Shown here: in pieces, positions 39,608-52,136 of the stretch
Layout: every line of letters begins with the position of its first letter
Position numbering within the stretch: position 1 is the stretch's first letter
Program-made: the position numbers and the translations under genes
Source: Octopus sinensis
Lineage: Eukaryota
NCBI RefSeq assembly: GCF_006345805.1
Contig: NC_042997.1
Span: forward strand, 118,978,001-119,042,000
DNA: 64,000 nucleotides
Reading direction: 5' to 3'
The notes under the pieces: generated by a model
Database searches by the model: none
What the model was told of the DNA's origin: nothing
What the model saw: only the letters and a program-made list of their open reading frames with translations

Positions 39608-39679
39608 GTGTCCAATATTTCGGGGGCAAAAAGTTGTCCACATTTCTATCATTAGCTTAAATGGTAACGATAATAAGTT

Positions 39680-39805
39680 AGTTGTTGCTTCTACATTTGT
39701 CAATATGTGCTACTGTTGATAGGAATGTGGGCAACTTAAGAATTAAGGAAGCCTTACTCATACAGAAATACAAACTGCAAATAAATAATATATTTGAATT
39801 GCAAT
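39680..39805 (+). pseudogene. PLE GIY-YIG C-terminal remnant
   Basis: NLRIKEALLIQKYKLQINN matches the LxIxEALxIxxxxPxLN end of PLE endonucleases. Confidence 0.55.
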
Positions 39806-39889
39806 TCACCCGAGGCTATAGTAGAAGAAAGCTTTCCAATATGACACACATTGGGATTGAATCCAGAACCAAATGTTAGCATTATCTTC

Positions 39890-40650
39890 TTGCGCAAGGG
39901 GACTATTTCGAAGGAGATGACATCTTGCGACTTGCTCTGGAACTTAATACCACTGTTAAAACGGTGATCTCTGCGCTCCATTTTCATCGGAAAAGTAATT
40001 GATGGCAGCCTTCAGATGCCAAATCTGGTGGAAACGGCGAGTGCGGACGCTATACCATGTAATTGGCGAGAAACATACGAGTGAGAATATCTCGGTGAAG
40101 AATCCAATTCTTCGCGCTCCACAGCATCGGTGGCTTTCACCGAATGCCCCCCCCCTCCTCAAACGGTTTAAAACGCCGCAGTAGAGCCCTCGATTGACGA
40201 TCTGGTTTTGGAGGACGAATTCTTGATGCAGATTACTAGATTTCCACGTACGACGCTCGTTTCATGCCTTTCACATCCCTCATTGTCTTCCTGAGAAGTT
40301 CTGCTTTTGAAGCACACGTGCCACTCTAAACATTGCCTACAACCCATTGTCTCACCGCTGTAAGCATGCTCAATCATGATAAATGTCTCTGTAACAGAAT
40401 TCCCAAATTTAACGCAAACATTCACGTTGCCATTTTTTTCCCAATTTCCTGCCCAAGACAAGATCTCAGACTACAACATACACATGATCACAAGAACACA
40501 AATATCACAACTTCAGAAATAAAGACAGCGATGTCACTCGCCACAGTACCTCATTATGGTCACAGCTAGTTCTCACTGTGCAAGCAACCGTGGGGTGCCT
40601 TGTCTTGGTACGCTGTAGAACTAGTCCGGGAACATTTTGTTACCACTTCT
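39890..40650 (-). mobile_element. Internally deleted mariner-like element, same family as 20960-21759
   Basis: ORF 40168-40461 contains CVKFGNSVTETF...AYSGETMG...CLEWH. Terminal CTAGTCCGGGAACATTTTGTTACCACTTCT+TA. GAAGAATCCAATTCTTCGC matches the reverse complement of 21403-21425. Confidence 0.75.
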
Positions 40651-40703
40651 TATACATGCATACACACACGTATGTATGTGTATGTATGTATGTATGTATG
40701 TAT

Positions 40704-40768
<65 letters not shown>

Positions 40769-40874
40769 ATATACATATATATTTATAAACAAGCACGAAA
40801 GGCTTTCTGAGTTACAGGGAGAAAGCTACTCTGCAAGGCATATAGTATAATAACTGTATGTAATATATCATTAT

Positions 40875-40916
<42 letters not shown>

Positions 40917-41669
40917 ATATATATATAATATATATATATATATGTATAATTGAACAACATCCATACTGTCTCCATACCTTATTTTTTTTTTCAGTTTAGA
41001 AGAAATTATGCATACATGTTTGTACTAATATGTTTGCTCAGCATTACACAATATTTTGTATATTCACGAGTAACAGCGATAAAGAAAGGCAGCTCATCGT
41101 TCCATAGGAAAACCATGGTTACAGTCAGGATCTTCATTTAAAGTATAGAGGGAGAGGTACTTCAAATTCAGGGTCCCCTTATACACATGAATTAAAATCT
41201 TGGAAAATTACCAAATTTAAATGTCAAATCCTGTGTCTGACTTGTAATTAAATTTCATGTGTTAGCAGAGGAAATTTGAATAAACGTCTGAAATTGTTCT
41301 ATAGATACACATTTCAAAATTCTAATTTCGTTTTTCACACATCAACTTTGGAGGTTTGACATTTCCTTCACTTTGAGAAGAACTCTGAAGTAGGGAAGAG
41401 GTGGGGGGTGTTTAGCTATTTTAATGCAAATTACACATTTTCAAAAAGTTGAATAACAGTAAAGTGAGACAAATTTAAGAAAAAGAAAATATAGCAGTTT
41501 AAGCAGTATGAACATTTATCTCCGTGGACACACACACACATATTTCAAAAGACATATTTCGTCATTGTTTTGTAATGCATGTAAAAAATGAAGACCGATG
41601 CCAAAATGGGCTAATTCCAACTTATATGGGACAGTTGCTACCAAAGACCGCTTAACTAGTTCGAAGTAG

Positions 41670-42460
41670 GAATTTGGTGGGGCACAATGAGTAACATGTA
41701 ATGCATTTTTCTATATTCATTAAAACATTATAACAAAATTTGAACTCTATTCTATGAACATAATGAAAAGAAAATTTTGATGGGGTAAAATGAGTAAAAG
41801 AAAACTAGAGTTATTTACCAGAAAAGATTCATACGCATCAGTATCTACCCTTGGACTTTGCAAAGATTTAAAAAATCAACAAAAATTTTAAATATATGAG
41901 TCAAATGATAGATCATGGAGAAATGACATATAACATGAAATTAACAAAACTCGACGAAATCTAAAACTTCAACATACAATGTTTTCTATAGCTTCTACCA
42001 AGTCTACTGGAGTGGTTCTCTTAATGATATATTTAGCACTAAGCAATTAAAGATAATAGATTCTTAAAATTAGTCAATATTCATTTTGCCCCAATAGAGA
42101 AAATTTTTTGAAAATTGAAAATTATGATATTAGATTTAAGTGTGGGGAAACAAATTATCTATGAACTCAGCAGAGAAATATTCTTTATCAAATAGCAAAA
42201 GTTATGCAGATATTTTATTAGCAACCTCAATTAGAATCAACTCAGAGTTCAGAAAAAATTCTCGAATAAAAATGTACCTGTCACATGAATGTATCAAACT
42301 CTAAGCTTCAAACACTATGCTGGCCAATTTTTAACTCCAATGATGATGCAATAGTGGAAAATGGTTATGCATTACTTGCAATGTAAGACTTTCAGGCGAG
42401 AAAGTGACTAGAAACAGGAAATTACTCATTCTACCCAGGATAATAGTTTTACCCGTTAAC
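41670..42460. mobile_element. Old non-autonomous DNA transposon (MITE-like) with repeated subterminal motifs
   Basis: GGGYAnAATGARTA at 41679 and 41782 (+), and inverted at 42077 and 42422. Confidence 0.55.
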
Positions 42461-42467
42461 AAATTAA

Positions 42468-42973
42468 TCTTTTCTACAATAAGCACAAGGCCTGAAACTG
42501 TGGGGGAAAGGAGAAGTCGATTACATGGACTCTAGTACCCAACTGGTACTTGATTGATCGATTCCGAAATGATGAACGGCAAAGTCGACTTCGGCGCAAT
42601 TTGAACTCAGAACGTAGCGGCAGGCGAAATACCTATTTCCTATTTGTTTACTACCCACAAAGGGCTAAACACAGTGAGGACAAACAAGGACAGGCAAACG
42701 GATTAAGTCGATTATAATTGGTACTTATTAAATCGACCCCGAAAGGATGAAAGGCGAAGTCGACCTCGGCGGAATTTGAACTCAGAACGTAGCGGCATAC
42801 GAAATACCTATTTCTTAACTAACCACAAGGGGCTAAACACAGAGGGGGCAAATAAGGACAGGCAAACGGATTCAGTCGATTACATCGAAACCAGTACGTA
42901 ACTGGTACTTAATCTATCGACCCCGAAAGGTTGAAAGGCAAAGTAGACCTCGGCGGAATTTGAACTGAGAACG
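42468..42973 (-). mobile_element. SINE family B, three tandem headless cores
   Basis: AAAGTCGAC.TCGGCG.AATTTGAACT.AGAACG repeated at ~42581, 42757 and 42940. Confidence 0.85.
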
Positions 42974-43687
42974 AGTTAAGACTCTTAAATATTTTAAATG
43001 ATATTTTAAATGATATCTCAATTGATAACTGTATACTGGAATCATTTTGCATAAAATTCATTTTGACTTACATATCACTCCTACATAGTATATTATATAT
43101 TTAACTAGAAAGATAAGATCTAACTAGCTATGATTATAATTTTCTCTCTCTGATGGTACTATTTAATACTTATTGATTTAAATTATTTGATTTATTTCTA
43201 TTGGACCATATTATTAATAAATTAAATTTTGCTCTATTTTTATCCCCATTTCTTAGTCTATTTTTTAACCCATTACAAATATTAGTTAGTTAAATCTCTT
43301 AATTTCTTTTACACTAAAAATTAATTCTGCTAATCCCAGACCTATCGTAGTGTATTGTGATGTGTTATAATATAATAAAATAATATAATATAATATAATG
43401 TAGTGTATTATAGTATAGTATAATAATAATATAATTGTTTAATTTCATTTAAAAACAACCCCATTTTTCTTTCCTTTCTAATGACCTCTTTGTAACCTGA
43501 CAATCTATTAATAGTAACATTTATAAATAAAGAAATAAATTGTTGACCTCAGTTCGAATTTTGTTCTAAACAAGCTTAGATTTTTCTGTTAGTATCAACT
43601 TGTGCCCATCCCCTTAGCTTCCCCTTTCCTTTCTCTTTGATAGATTAAATAGCAGTAACTGATTAAATTTCTACTTCCTTCCTCCTC

Positions 43688-44062
43688 TTTCTGTGATTCT
43701 TGTAAAATTCATTAACAACCTGAACCGCTACAATATAAGACTGTCATTTTGCTTCTCATTCGGATTCCCTGATATTTTTCGCATGATTGTACCCTAAATC
43801 TCTTCACAAAACTGGATTATGAACTATAAGGACATACACATATTTTGTAAGTTCAAGACTTTTTCATCGCATCTCCAAAAATCGAACTTATCTGCGATTC
43901 TTGTAAATTTCAATAACAATCTGTTCCTCTACACGATATGACAGTCACTTTGCTTTTACTCAGACTTTCCTCTACATGATATGGCAGTCACTTTGCCTGT
44001 TACTCGGATTTTCAGAAATTTTGCATGACTGTATCCGAAAATTTCTTCACACAACTTGATCA
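43688..44062. repeat. Diverged ~200-bp direct repeat with an internal ~38-bp duplication
   Basis: CTG.GATTCTTGTAAA.TTCA.TAACAA at ~43691 and ~43892; TTCCTCTACA.GATATG.CAGTCACTTTGC occurs twice. Confidence 0.7.
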
Positions 44063-44216
44063 AATATTCAATATGAGCTATATGTAGACATGCATAAATT
44101 CTGTAGGTTTAAAACCTTTCATCGGATCTCCATGAATCGAACTTTCTTCAATGCAGCTAATCTTACAACCTCTTTTGTATCTACCCCTTTTGATGTTTGG
44201 GAATTCTCTGATGTTT

Positions 44217-44304
44217 TTTCGGCTGACGAGTACGAGCCATCTGTATTCACTGCATTTTTTGTAGCTTATTAAAGATGTCCTCGTACGAAACGATCGTACC
44301 GAGA
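44217..44304 (+). ncRNA. Canonical type-I hammerhead ribozyme
   Basis: TTTCGG-CTGACGA-GTACGAG...CTCGTAC-GAAAC-GATC-GTA-CCGAGA. All core nucleotides are intact, stem I has 6 bp, stem II has 7 bp plus a CATCT/AGATG extension, stem III is the palindrome ACGATCGT, and predicted cleavage is after A44298 (GUA). Confidence 0.88.
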
Positions 44305-44337
44305 TTTTAATCCATTCTTGTTGCTTTTTTCCTATAT

Positions 44338-44387
<50 letters not shown>

Positions 44388-44393
44388 CGTATC

Positions 44394-44587
44394 AAAGCTG
44401 GACCTGTCCTATCAAGAGTCCAAGATGAAACTACCTCACGGCAAGAGGAGCAAATGAGAGTAGCTACATCAAACTCCCTTCTTCATTCAAGTGTCACATA
44501 TTGTAGGAGGTTTTCAGTAATAACAGCGTAGCAAAACGGTGGTGCATCAGTATGGCCGCAGCTCTGATTGGAAACTACAGCAAAAAA
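44394..44587 (+). mobile_element. 5'-truncated 3' end of a LINE related to 53385-58658
   Basis: KLD..SRVQDETTSRQEEQMRVATSNSL aligns with KLDLFLSGVPDEPTSRQETRMRAAASNSL; tail GGTGGTGCATCAGTATGGCCGC. Confidence 0.8.
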
Positions 44588-44877
44588 TATATATGAGAAT
44601 TACGATATAAAATCAAAGTAGGCAATAATCTTTATATACATACTCATACGGCTATAAATTCGACTTAAGATGCCTGTCCATATCTTAATACATATCAACA
44701 TATATGAATAAAAAAAATTAAATATAAATATACATAGGAATACATGTAAATGAAACCATGTAGCATATATATGTATTACAAAATATATGACATATATTAT
44801 ATAACTTATATACCATTTATATATTTAAAAATAAAACACATTCACACACACATACACACACACACATATATATATAT

Positions 44878-44942
<65 letters not shown>

Positions 44943-44948
44943 ATATAT

Positions 44949-45000
<52 letters not shown>

Positions 45001-45139
45001 AAATATGAATTAGAGATAATATTTTATATATTTGTACTGTGAAATTTGATTTAATCCTAAATTTAACTTTTCCCTGTAAGTTTGGAGCCATACTCCCTAA
45101 TAATATATATATATATATACCTGTATGTTGTGTATGTAT

Positions 45140-47250
45140 ATATTAAAGGTGAAAGTGAGTCACCTTGAAAAATTCCACAGTTGATGTTAATATTTTCTGA
45201 GGCAAGTACTCCATTAGAGTGGTATAATTGGAGATTTGTATTCCACAACGACATATTGTGCTTCAGGAAGTTTGAAATCACAGGGGAAATTTTGAAGATG
45301 TCCAGCGATCTCAAGATCCATGGATGCGGTATACTGTCGAAGGCCTTTTTATAGTCAATCCATGCGGAGCTGAGATTTCTGCGCTTGTTGTGACAGTTCT
45401 CAAGGATCATACGATTAATTAGCAGTTGATCTTTGCATCCGTTTGAGCCTCGGCGGCACCCTTTTTGTTCAATAGGGAAAATATCGTTCTTCTCCATGAA
45501 TGCATATGTTTTCTCCGCCAGGATAGATGTTACGATTTTATACGTGGTGGATAAACAGGTTATGGGCCGATAGTTTTTTTTGGAAGGTTGGTTTCGTTAT
45601 TCTTTGGGAGTAGGTAAGTAATACCACTTGCTAACCATTCAGGTGTTTTCTTTGGGTCTCTCATTATTCCATTGAGCAGCTAAACTAGCTTACCGTGTGC
45701 GCATGGGAGCAATGCGAGCCAGAAATTCGGCACCCTATCTTTACCGGGGGATTTCCAATTATGGGCCTTCGTGAGTGCCTTTCTTAGGTCTGCTATTGTG
45801 ATGTCTTCCCACATGCTTGTTGTAAATTTCGGTAGGATCCTTCAGTTTGTATAATCCAGTCTGCATTTATGTTGTACGTCTTCTTGTCACTCCAAATCCT
45901 TTTCCAAAAGTTTTGAACTTCTTCCATGGTTATTTTCTCCTTCCCTATTTCTCTGTAGAATTTTTTGGCATTGGATGTGAACAGCTTATTTCGCTTGTAA
46001 AACTTGTTTCTCTTCTCAAATCTTCGTATTCTTTGGGCTTTTGCTTGGACTTTTTGTTTCAGCGTTTCTTTTATTGATATCAGTTCTTCTCTTGGTGAGG
46101 ATCCAAATTTTCTCTTCATCTTTCTTCCTGTTCTGGATCTTACATCATTTCCACATATTAGTTCATTTAATATTTTTCAATATTACTTCTCCAGGTTTGA
46201 TTTCTTCCCAGGTTTGGTTTTCTTTGTTTTTTCGGGGACATACAGCTGGTTTCAATTGCCCTAGCAGAAGCGTAAATAATTTCATTTAACTCAGTAAAAT
46301 CAGGTTTTAATTCTTGTATTATTTCATTTGTTACATAGTTGCCAATTTGGATTTGTTCTTTATTTTGATTTGTATTTGAGAGTTTATGAAGTGGTTCTCT
46401 ATCATTCATACTTGTATGTCTTACAACTTCAAGCGTATTCAGGATTTTCTGCCTCATTTCTACCATAGACTCTCTGTGTTCTTCAGCAAATGCGAGATCT
46501 TCAGTTACTGTTGTTTTATCGTTTTCCTGGCTATCTTTAACATGTACAATAGAATTCCTTGTATCTTCAGGCCTTTGCGTACTTTGGGCAGATGGCAGTC
46601 TTTCAATTAAGCCTCGTGGCGGGCTATACTGTTCATCTGATTCTTCATTTCCTTTGTGTCTTATATTTATGTCATTTTCCGTTGCGTGCTTGATCGCGCT
46701 TCTTTCACTGTCTGTGAGTCTGTTATTTCTAAGGATATCCCACCTCACATTTGCCAATTTGTTCTCGTTCAAATAGGGCCTACTGTCTTTATTCCGTGTT
46801 CTCCATATACTGTAAGAGTTTGCGGTGTGTCTCTCTTGAGATGGCCTACCTAATGCATAGTAATAAGCGTATATTACTTCTTTATACTCTTCTCGGGTCC
46901 ATTTATTCCGCTTACATTTTTCTTTCTTAGGTGGTTGTGGTGGTGAACTTGGAGGGCTCGAGTTGGGGGATTTCCCGTTCAAGTGACCATCCATGTCCGT
47001 ATTCGGAGAAGAGTTTGTGCCAGTTGATGACTTTTCGATCCCAGGCTGGCTCTTCCCTGGGGGACGCGCTTCCAGATTAACCATAGGACAAGCGATTTGG
47101 TATACTGATTTAGTTTTCCTTTTAGTTTCCAAAAACATTTTGGTGCTACGATAATGTTATCATTTTTGAGCTTTGATTGGCCTGGGGAGACGGCCATCAT
47201 TTGCCGTTACAATTATAATCGTACCATTATAGCAGCCGCAGTCGGCTTAT
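45140..47250 (-). mobile_element. R4/Dong-clade non-LTR retrotransposon, 5' half (N-terminal domain to RT domain 4), pseudogenised
   Basis: RNKWTREEYKEVIYAYY...LNENKLANVR, QRIRRFEKR..FYK.NKLF..NAKKFYREI, YRPITCLSTTYKI, QKGCRRGSNGCKDQLLIN, WIDYKKAFDSIPH and GIFQGDSLSPL. Truncated at a (TA)n tract. Confidence 0.92.
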
Positions 47251-47738
47251 TATTGTTATTATCATCACCATTATTATCACTATCATCATTATCACCACCA
47301 TTACCATCATCATTATCATCATCACCATCACCATCACCACAATCATCATCAATGATATTGTTTTATGTGTAGTCACAGCAGTATCTTATTATTGTTATAT
47401 TTGTTTTTTATCATTATCATCATCACAGTAGTGACTGTCTGTCTCGTTGGCTGGCTTGCTTGGTGGTTGGCTGGCTGACTGTCTTCAACGCCAGAGTTCT
47501 TGCCAGTCAAATAATACTTTCATATTTGGTTAACAATAGAGGTGAGGTTTGTGTTGGTTGAACTCTTTGAGTGTGTGTGTGTGTGTGTAGATAGATAGGT
47601 AGATTATCAGCACTATTACTATCATTATTATCATCATCACCATCAACACCATCAGTGATTTTCTTTTCTTTTTTTAGTGGTTCCTATCGGTCAAAAAAAT
47701 TTGAGATGTTTACTACTATTAAACTTAGAAAAATTAAG

Positions 47739-49073
47739 AAGGGCTGTTCTGTATTGTTTGTGAATAGAGAAGTTGTGTTCGACCAAGAGAATCTTAGCAT
47801 CATTTTTTTTTTTTTCCATGTGCGTTTGTGTTATTGCAATAAAAAGTGTTTGTATATTTCGTGTAAGGTATATGGTGGAGGTTGAAGTTGACTTTTCTAG
47901 AGATGTTTGTATGTCCAGTTAGAAGAACAGGTGTGTTTTTGCAATAAAAAGTATATGTTTACATTTATATTTGAATATTCAGGGAGGAAGCAAGAAAAGT
48001 CAGATTTTCATAGAAAGTTTTAGGGTTTTGTAAGTCCCAAAAAGAAAAGCGTGATGTTTTTGAGAAGAAAAAAAATAGGATGTTTACAGAGGCAATTGTG
48101 GGTATTAAAGTTTTTAAGCTGGTCGAATGTATGATTGAAAACGTAGATATTTAAATTTGTAAATTTCTTAACTTATTTTGAAGGCTGTTCTGTATTATTT
48201 GTGAATAGGAGTTGGTTCGCCAGACCAGAGAGAATCTTAGCATCATTATAATTTTTCCATGTGCGTTGTGTATTGCAATAAAAAGTGTTTGTATATTTCG
48301 TGCAAGGTAATATTGTGGAGTTTGAATTTGACTTTCAGAGATGTTTGTATGTCCAGTTAGAAGAACAGGTGTGTTTTTTGCCATAAAAGTATATGTTTAC
48401 ATTTTAGATTTGAATATTCAGGAGGAAGCAAGAAAGTCAGATTTTCATAGAAAGTTTTAGGGTTTTGTAAGTCCACAAAAAGAAAAGCGTGATGTTTTTT
48501 AGAGAGAAGAAAAAAAATAGATGTTTACAGAGGCAATTGTGGGTATTAAAGTTTTTAAAGCTGGTCGAATGTATGATTGAAAGCTGTAGATATTAATTTG
48601 TAAATTTCTTAACTTATTTTGAAGGGCTGTTCTGTATTATTTGTGAATAGAGAAGTTGTGTTCGACATAAGAGAATCTTAGCAATCATTATCATTTTTTC
48701 CATGTGCGTTTGTGTTATTGCAATAAAAAGTGTTGTTTTGTATATTTCGTGAAAGGTCATATTGTGGAGTTGAAGTTGACTTTTCTAGAGATGTTTGTAT
48801 GTCCATTTAGAAGAACAGGTGTGTTTTTGTCATAAAAATATATGTTTACATTTATATTTGAATATTCAGGGAGGAAGCAAAGAAAAGTCAGATTTTCATA
48901 GAAGTTTTAGGGTTTTGTAAGTCCACAAAAAGAAAAGCGTGATGTTTTTATAGAGAAGAAAAAAAATAGGATGTTTACAGAGGCGTTGTGGGTATTAAAG
49001 TTTTTAAGCTGATCAGATGTATGTTTTGAAGCTGTAGATATGTAATTTGTAAATTTCTTAACTTATTTTGAAG
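47739..49073. repeat. Tandem repeat, ~442-bp unit, three copies
   Basis: AAGG(G)CTGTTCTGTATT at 47739, 48181 and 48622. Copies differ mostly by 1-nt indels. Confidence 0.93.
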
Positions 49074-49243
49074 AGAATTTTAATACTACTCACGAGGCAT
49101 TGTAGATGTTCCAGTCTTTGAGAGTTATTTTTCCCCGTTGCTAAACTGGTCATATTAGTGTTTCTATGGCTTTCAGCTACTGAATTGACAGAGCAGTGAG
49201 GAATACGTCCAGCCGCTGTCAAGGCTGGCGCTCCTCCTCCTCC

Positions 49244-49267
49244 TTATTATTATTATTATTATTATTG

Positions 49268-49324
<57 letters not shown>

Positions 49325-49345
49325 ATTATTATTATTTTATTATTG
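49244..49345. repeat. (TTA)n microsatellite
   Basis: Direct reading. Confidence 0.95.
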
Positions 49346-49900
49346 TCATATTTAGAATTATTTATCCGTTCTAATAACTTCGGTTAAGACATATTTTGCC
49401 AGTGTTTGCTTTCCTTGAATAAACTTTATATCTTTTAATAATTTTAATATTGCAGTATTATAAATATTTTGATATTATGATATTATTATATATTTATATA
49501 TACTTGAATTTTTCTGCTTCCTGTTCTCCTTGTCCTTCTTCTATTTCTCTATAACTTTAATATTATATAAATCTCTTTATGTCTTTTATTTAAGACACAA
49601 AATATACACATCGCTTCCTCTATATTGGTTTCTCGACTTATTATATATTTATGAATATAAGTGTATTTCCGCCTTCATTTTTCCTTTTCTTTTTGTTTTT
49701 CACTTTTTATTACTCCTTCCCAATACCCTATCATATTATATTAATCTGTTCTTTTCTTTCTTTAAGATATTTATATACTCCCTTCTCCCCATATGTTAGT
49801 TTGAGTCCTTCTGTAATGGGTTCCTTTTTTGTATATTTGCTGTTAGTCAACGGTTTTCTATCCGTCATCTCAAAGTATATTTCTAGTCGGTATATCCTTA

Positions 49901-49992
49901 CTACATCTGAAGAGATTCATTAAATAACAATTTTAATTTTATAAATTAATTATCTAAATATTGCTGAATCGAAACGTCTGTCAGAGATGTTG
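49901..49992 (+). ncRNA. Hammerhead fold with a long AT-rich loop 2
   Basis: CTGAAGA-GATTCA-(45 nt)-TGAATC-GAAAC-GTCT-GTC-AGAGATGT. The core is canonical and stem II is a perfect 6 bp, but the stem I register is disturbed. Confidence 0.6.
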
Positions 49993-50249
49993 TCATATTG
50001 TATAATTAATAATCTTATCAATTATCTCTCCATTCTCTCTTTATTCTTTATATATTCGATTAGACTGTTCCATTCAAAGAAATACTGGTTCAATAACTGA
50101 TATTTGTGGGGAATTATTTCCTTAAAATAATAGGTATATACACACACATATATATAAACATGTAGTATATATTCATATGAAAGAAGAAACAGAAATGAAG
50201 ATTTGTAAGTTAATAATTGTTTATTATTAAGAACAAATTAAGTATCAAC

Positions 50250-50330
50250 ACTTACAGATGTTTCAATTTATATTCAGTAGATTAATTGAATATTAAATGC
50301 ATATGACCTAAGCATAATATCTTCAGAGGG
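50250..50330 (-). ncRNA. Degenerate hammerhead fold facing the previous one
   Basis: Minus strand CCCT-CTGAAGA-(AT-rich)-GAAAC-ATCT-GTA-AG, with the same AC-RTCT-GT stem III architecture and a weak stem II. Confidence 0.4.
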
Positions 50331-50545
50331 ATAATAGTATACCCTAGGGTGTTTTATATATGTGTTTGTGGTTTCATATAAAACATTCAAGAGTATAATT
50401 TTTTGCCTCTGAAAAAATTACGCACATGTCATATGATTTTAATATTTAATTAATTCATTGAGTATTAATTGAAACAAATGTAAGGGATGATTGATTTGTT
50501 GTCAACAAACAATTATTAATTCTAATCTCCATTTTCTTTATGTTC

Positions 50546-50690
<145 letters not shown>

Positions 50691-50712
50691 CGTATATATA
50701 TATTTTGGTTCT

Positions 50713-51022
50713 GGCGTGGCTGTAGGATAAGATATGTGCTCCCAAGCGCATGGTTGCTGGATCAGTCTCACTTCGTGACTTCGTGACACCTTGGGTAAAC
50801 CACGGCCTTGTGAGTGGATTTGGGACACTGAAACTGGAAGAAGTGTGTTGTCTGTGTGTGTACGTGTGTGCGTGTTTGTGTCTGTGTTTGTCCCGCAAAC
50901 ATAGCTGTTTGGCGAAAGCGACTAACAGAAAAAAAGTACCACACTTTACAATAGAAATAATACCTTGGTCGATACTTTCGACTAAAATTCTTTAAGACAA
51001 TGTCCCAGCATTGCCGCAGTCT
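50713..51022 (+). mobile_element. SINE family A (degenerate)
   Basis: GGCGTGGCTGTAGG head, CACCTTGGGTAA, GCCTTGTGAGTGGATTT and a CCAGCATTGCCGCAGTC tail. Confidence 0.75.
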
Positions 51023-51995
51023 ATTTATTTTGTGAGTGTGTGTATCAGTGTGTGTATGTATGTCTGTGTATGTGTGTATAAGTTTCCTTGTATGCATTTT
51101 GCGTCAGTGCCTGTATTTTGGAATGTATTTTAATATTTCGAAAACGTCGAAAACAGAAAAATGTAAAAGCACCAGCCATGAAACATTATTATTTAATGTG
51201 GCGGACATATGGAGATAAAACTTAATTATGATGGCGCCCAAAAATGTCTACATGATACCCTATTCAGTCAGTAAAATTATGTATCTGTGAGAAGCAAATT
51301 ATTATATTTTGTGTATACTACATAAAGAGATAAGAATTTTCATGATATACATCAGTTTAATCATACACCGTACACAAATATTATTTGTATGAAACATGTT
51401 TTATCAGAAAAAAATATCTGTTATTAACTAAGAGATTAAGGAAAAATAATACGCATCATAAATACTTGATGAGCATAATGCATTTTCATTCAATATTCTT
51501 ATTTCTTATGTATTTATCGTATCTAAATAGTTAATGAAGTTTTAATAGTCGTTATGTATTATATGAAAAAAGCTAATATGAAAACTTTATCTCGATATAT
51601 TATGAATAAATGTTTTGTACAATATTTTCACATATTACAAAACATTTAATGACTTGATTACTTAGAGTTTTATATATCGTGAAATTAAATATATTGAGCT
51701 TTGTAGACCAAATATTTTAGAGTCATTTTACAGCCTAAAATATAGTGTGAAGTAAGAGCTTTCTAGATTTTTAAAAGATCCTCACACGCACGCATGCACA
51801 CACAGATACATACACAAACATAGAAGCATACAGACATGTATACACACAGAGACACGTCTGCATATATATATGCATATATGAATCTATGAATAAGCAAAAG
51901 TACGTGTCTGAATATATATATGTCTTTATATACACGCGCGCACCCTCCACATAGACTCCTATACACATGCATCCATTCATCAACCCATCCATCCA

Positions 51996-52136
<141 letters not shown>

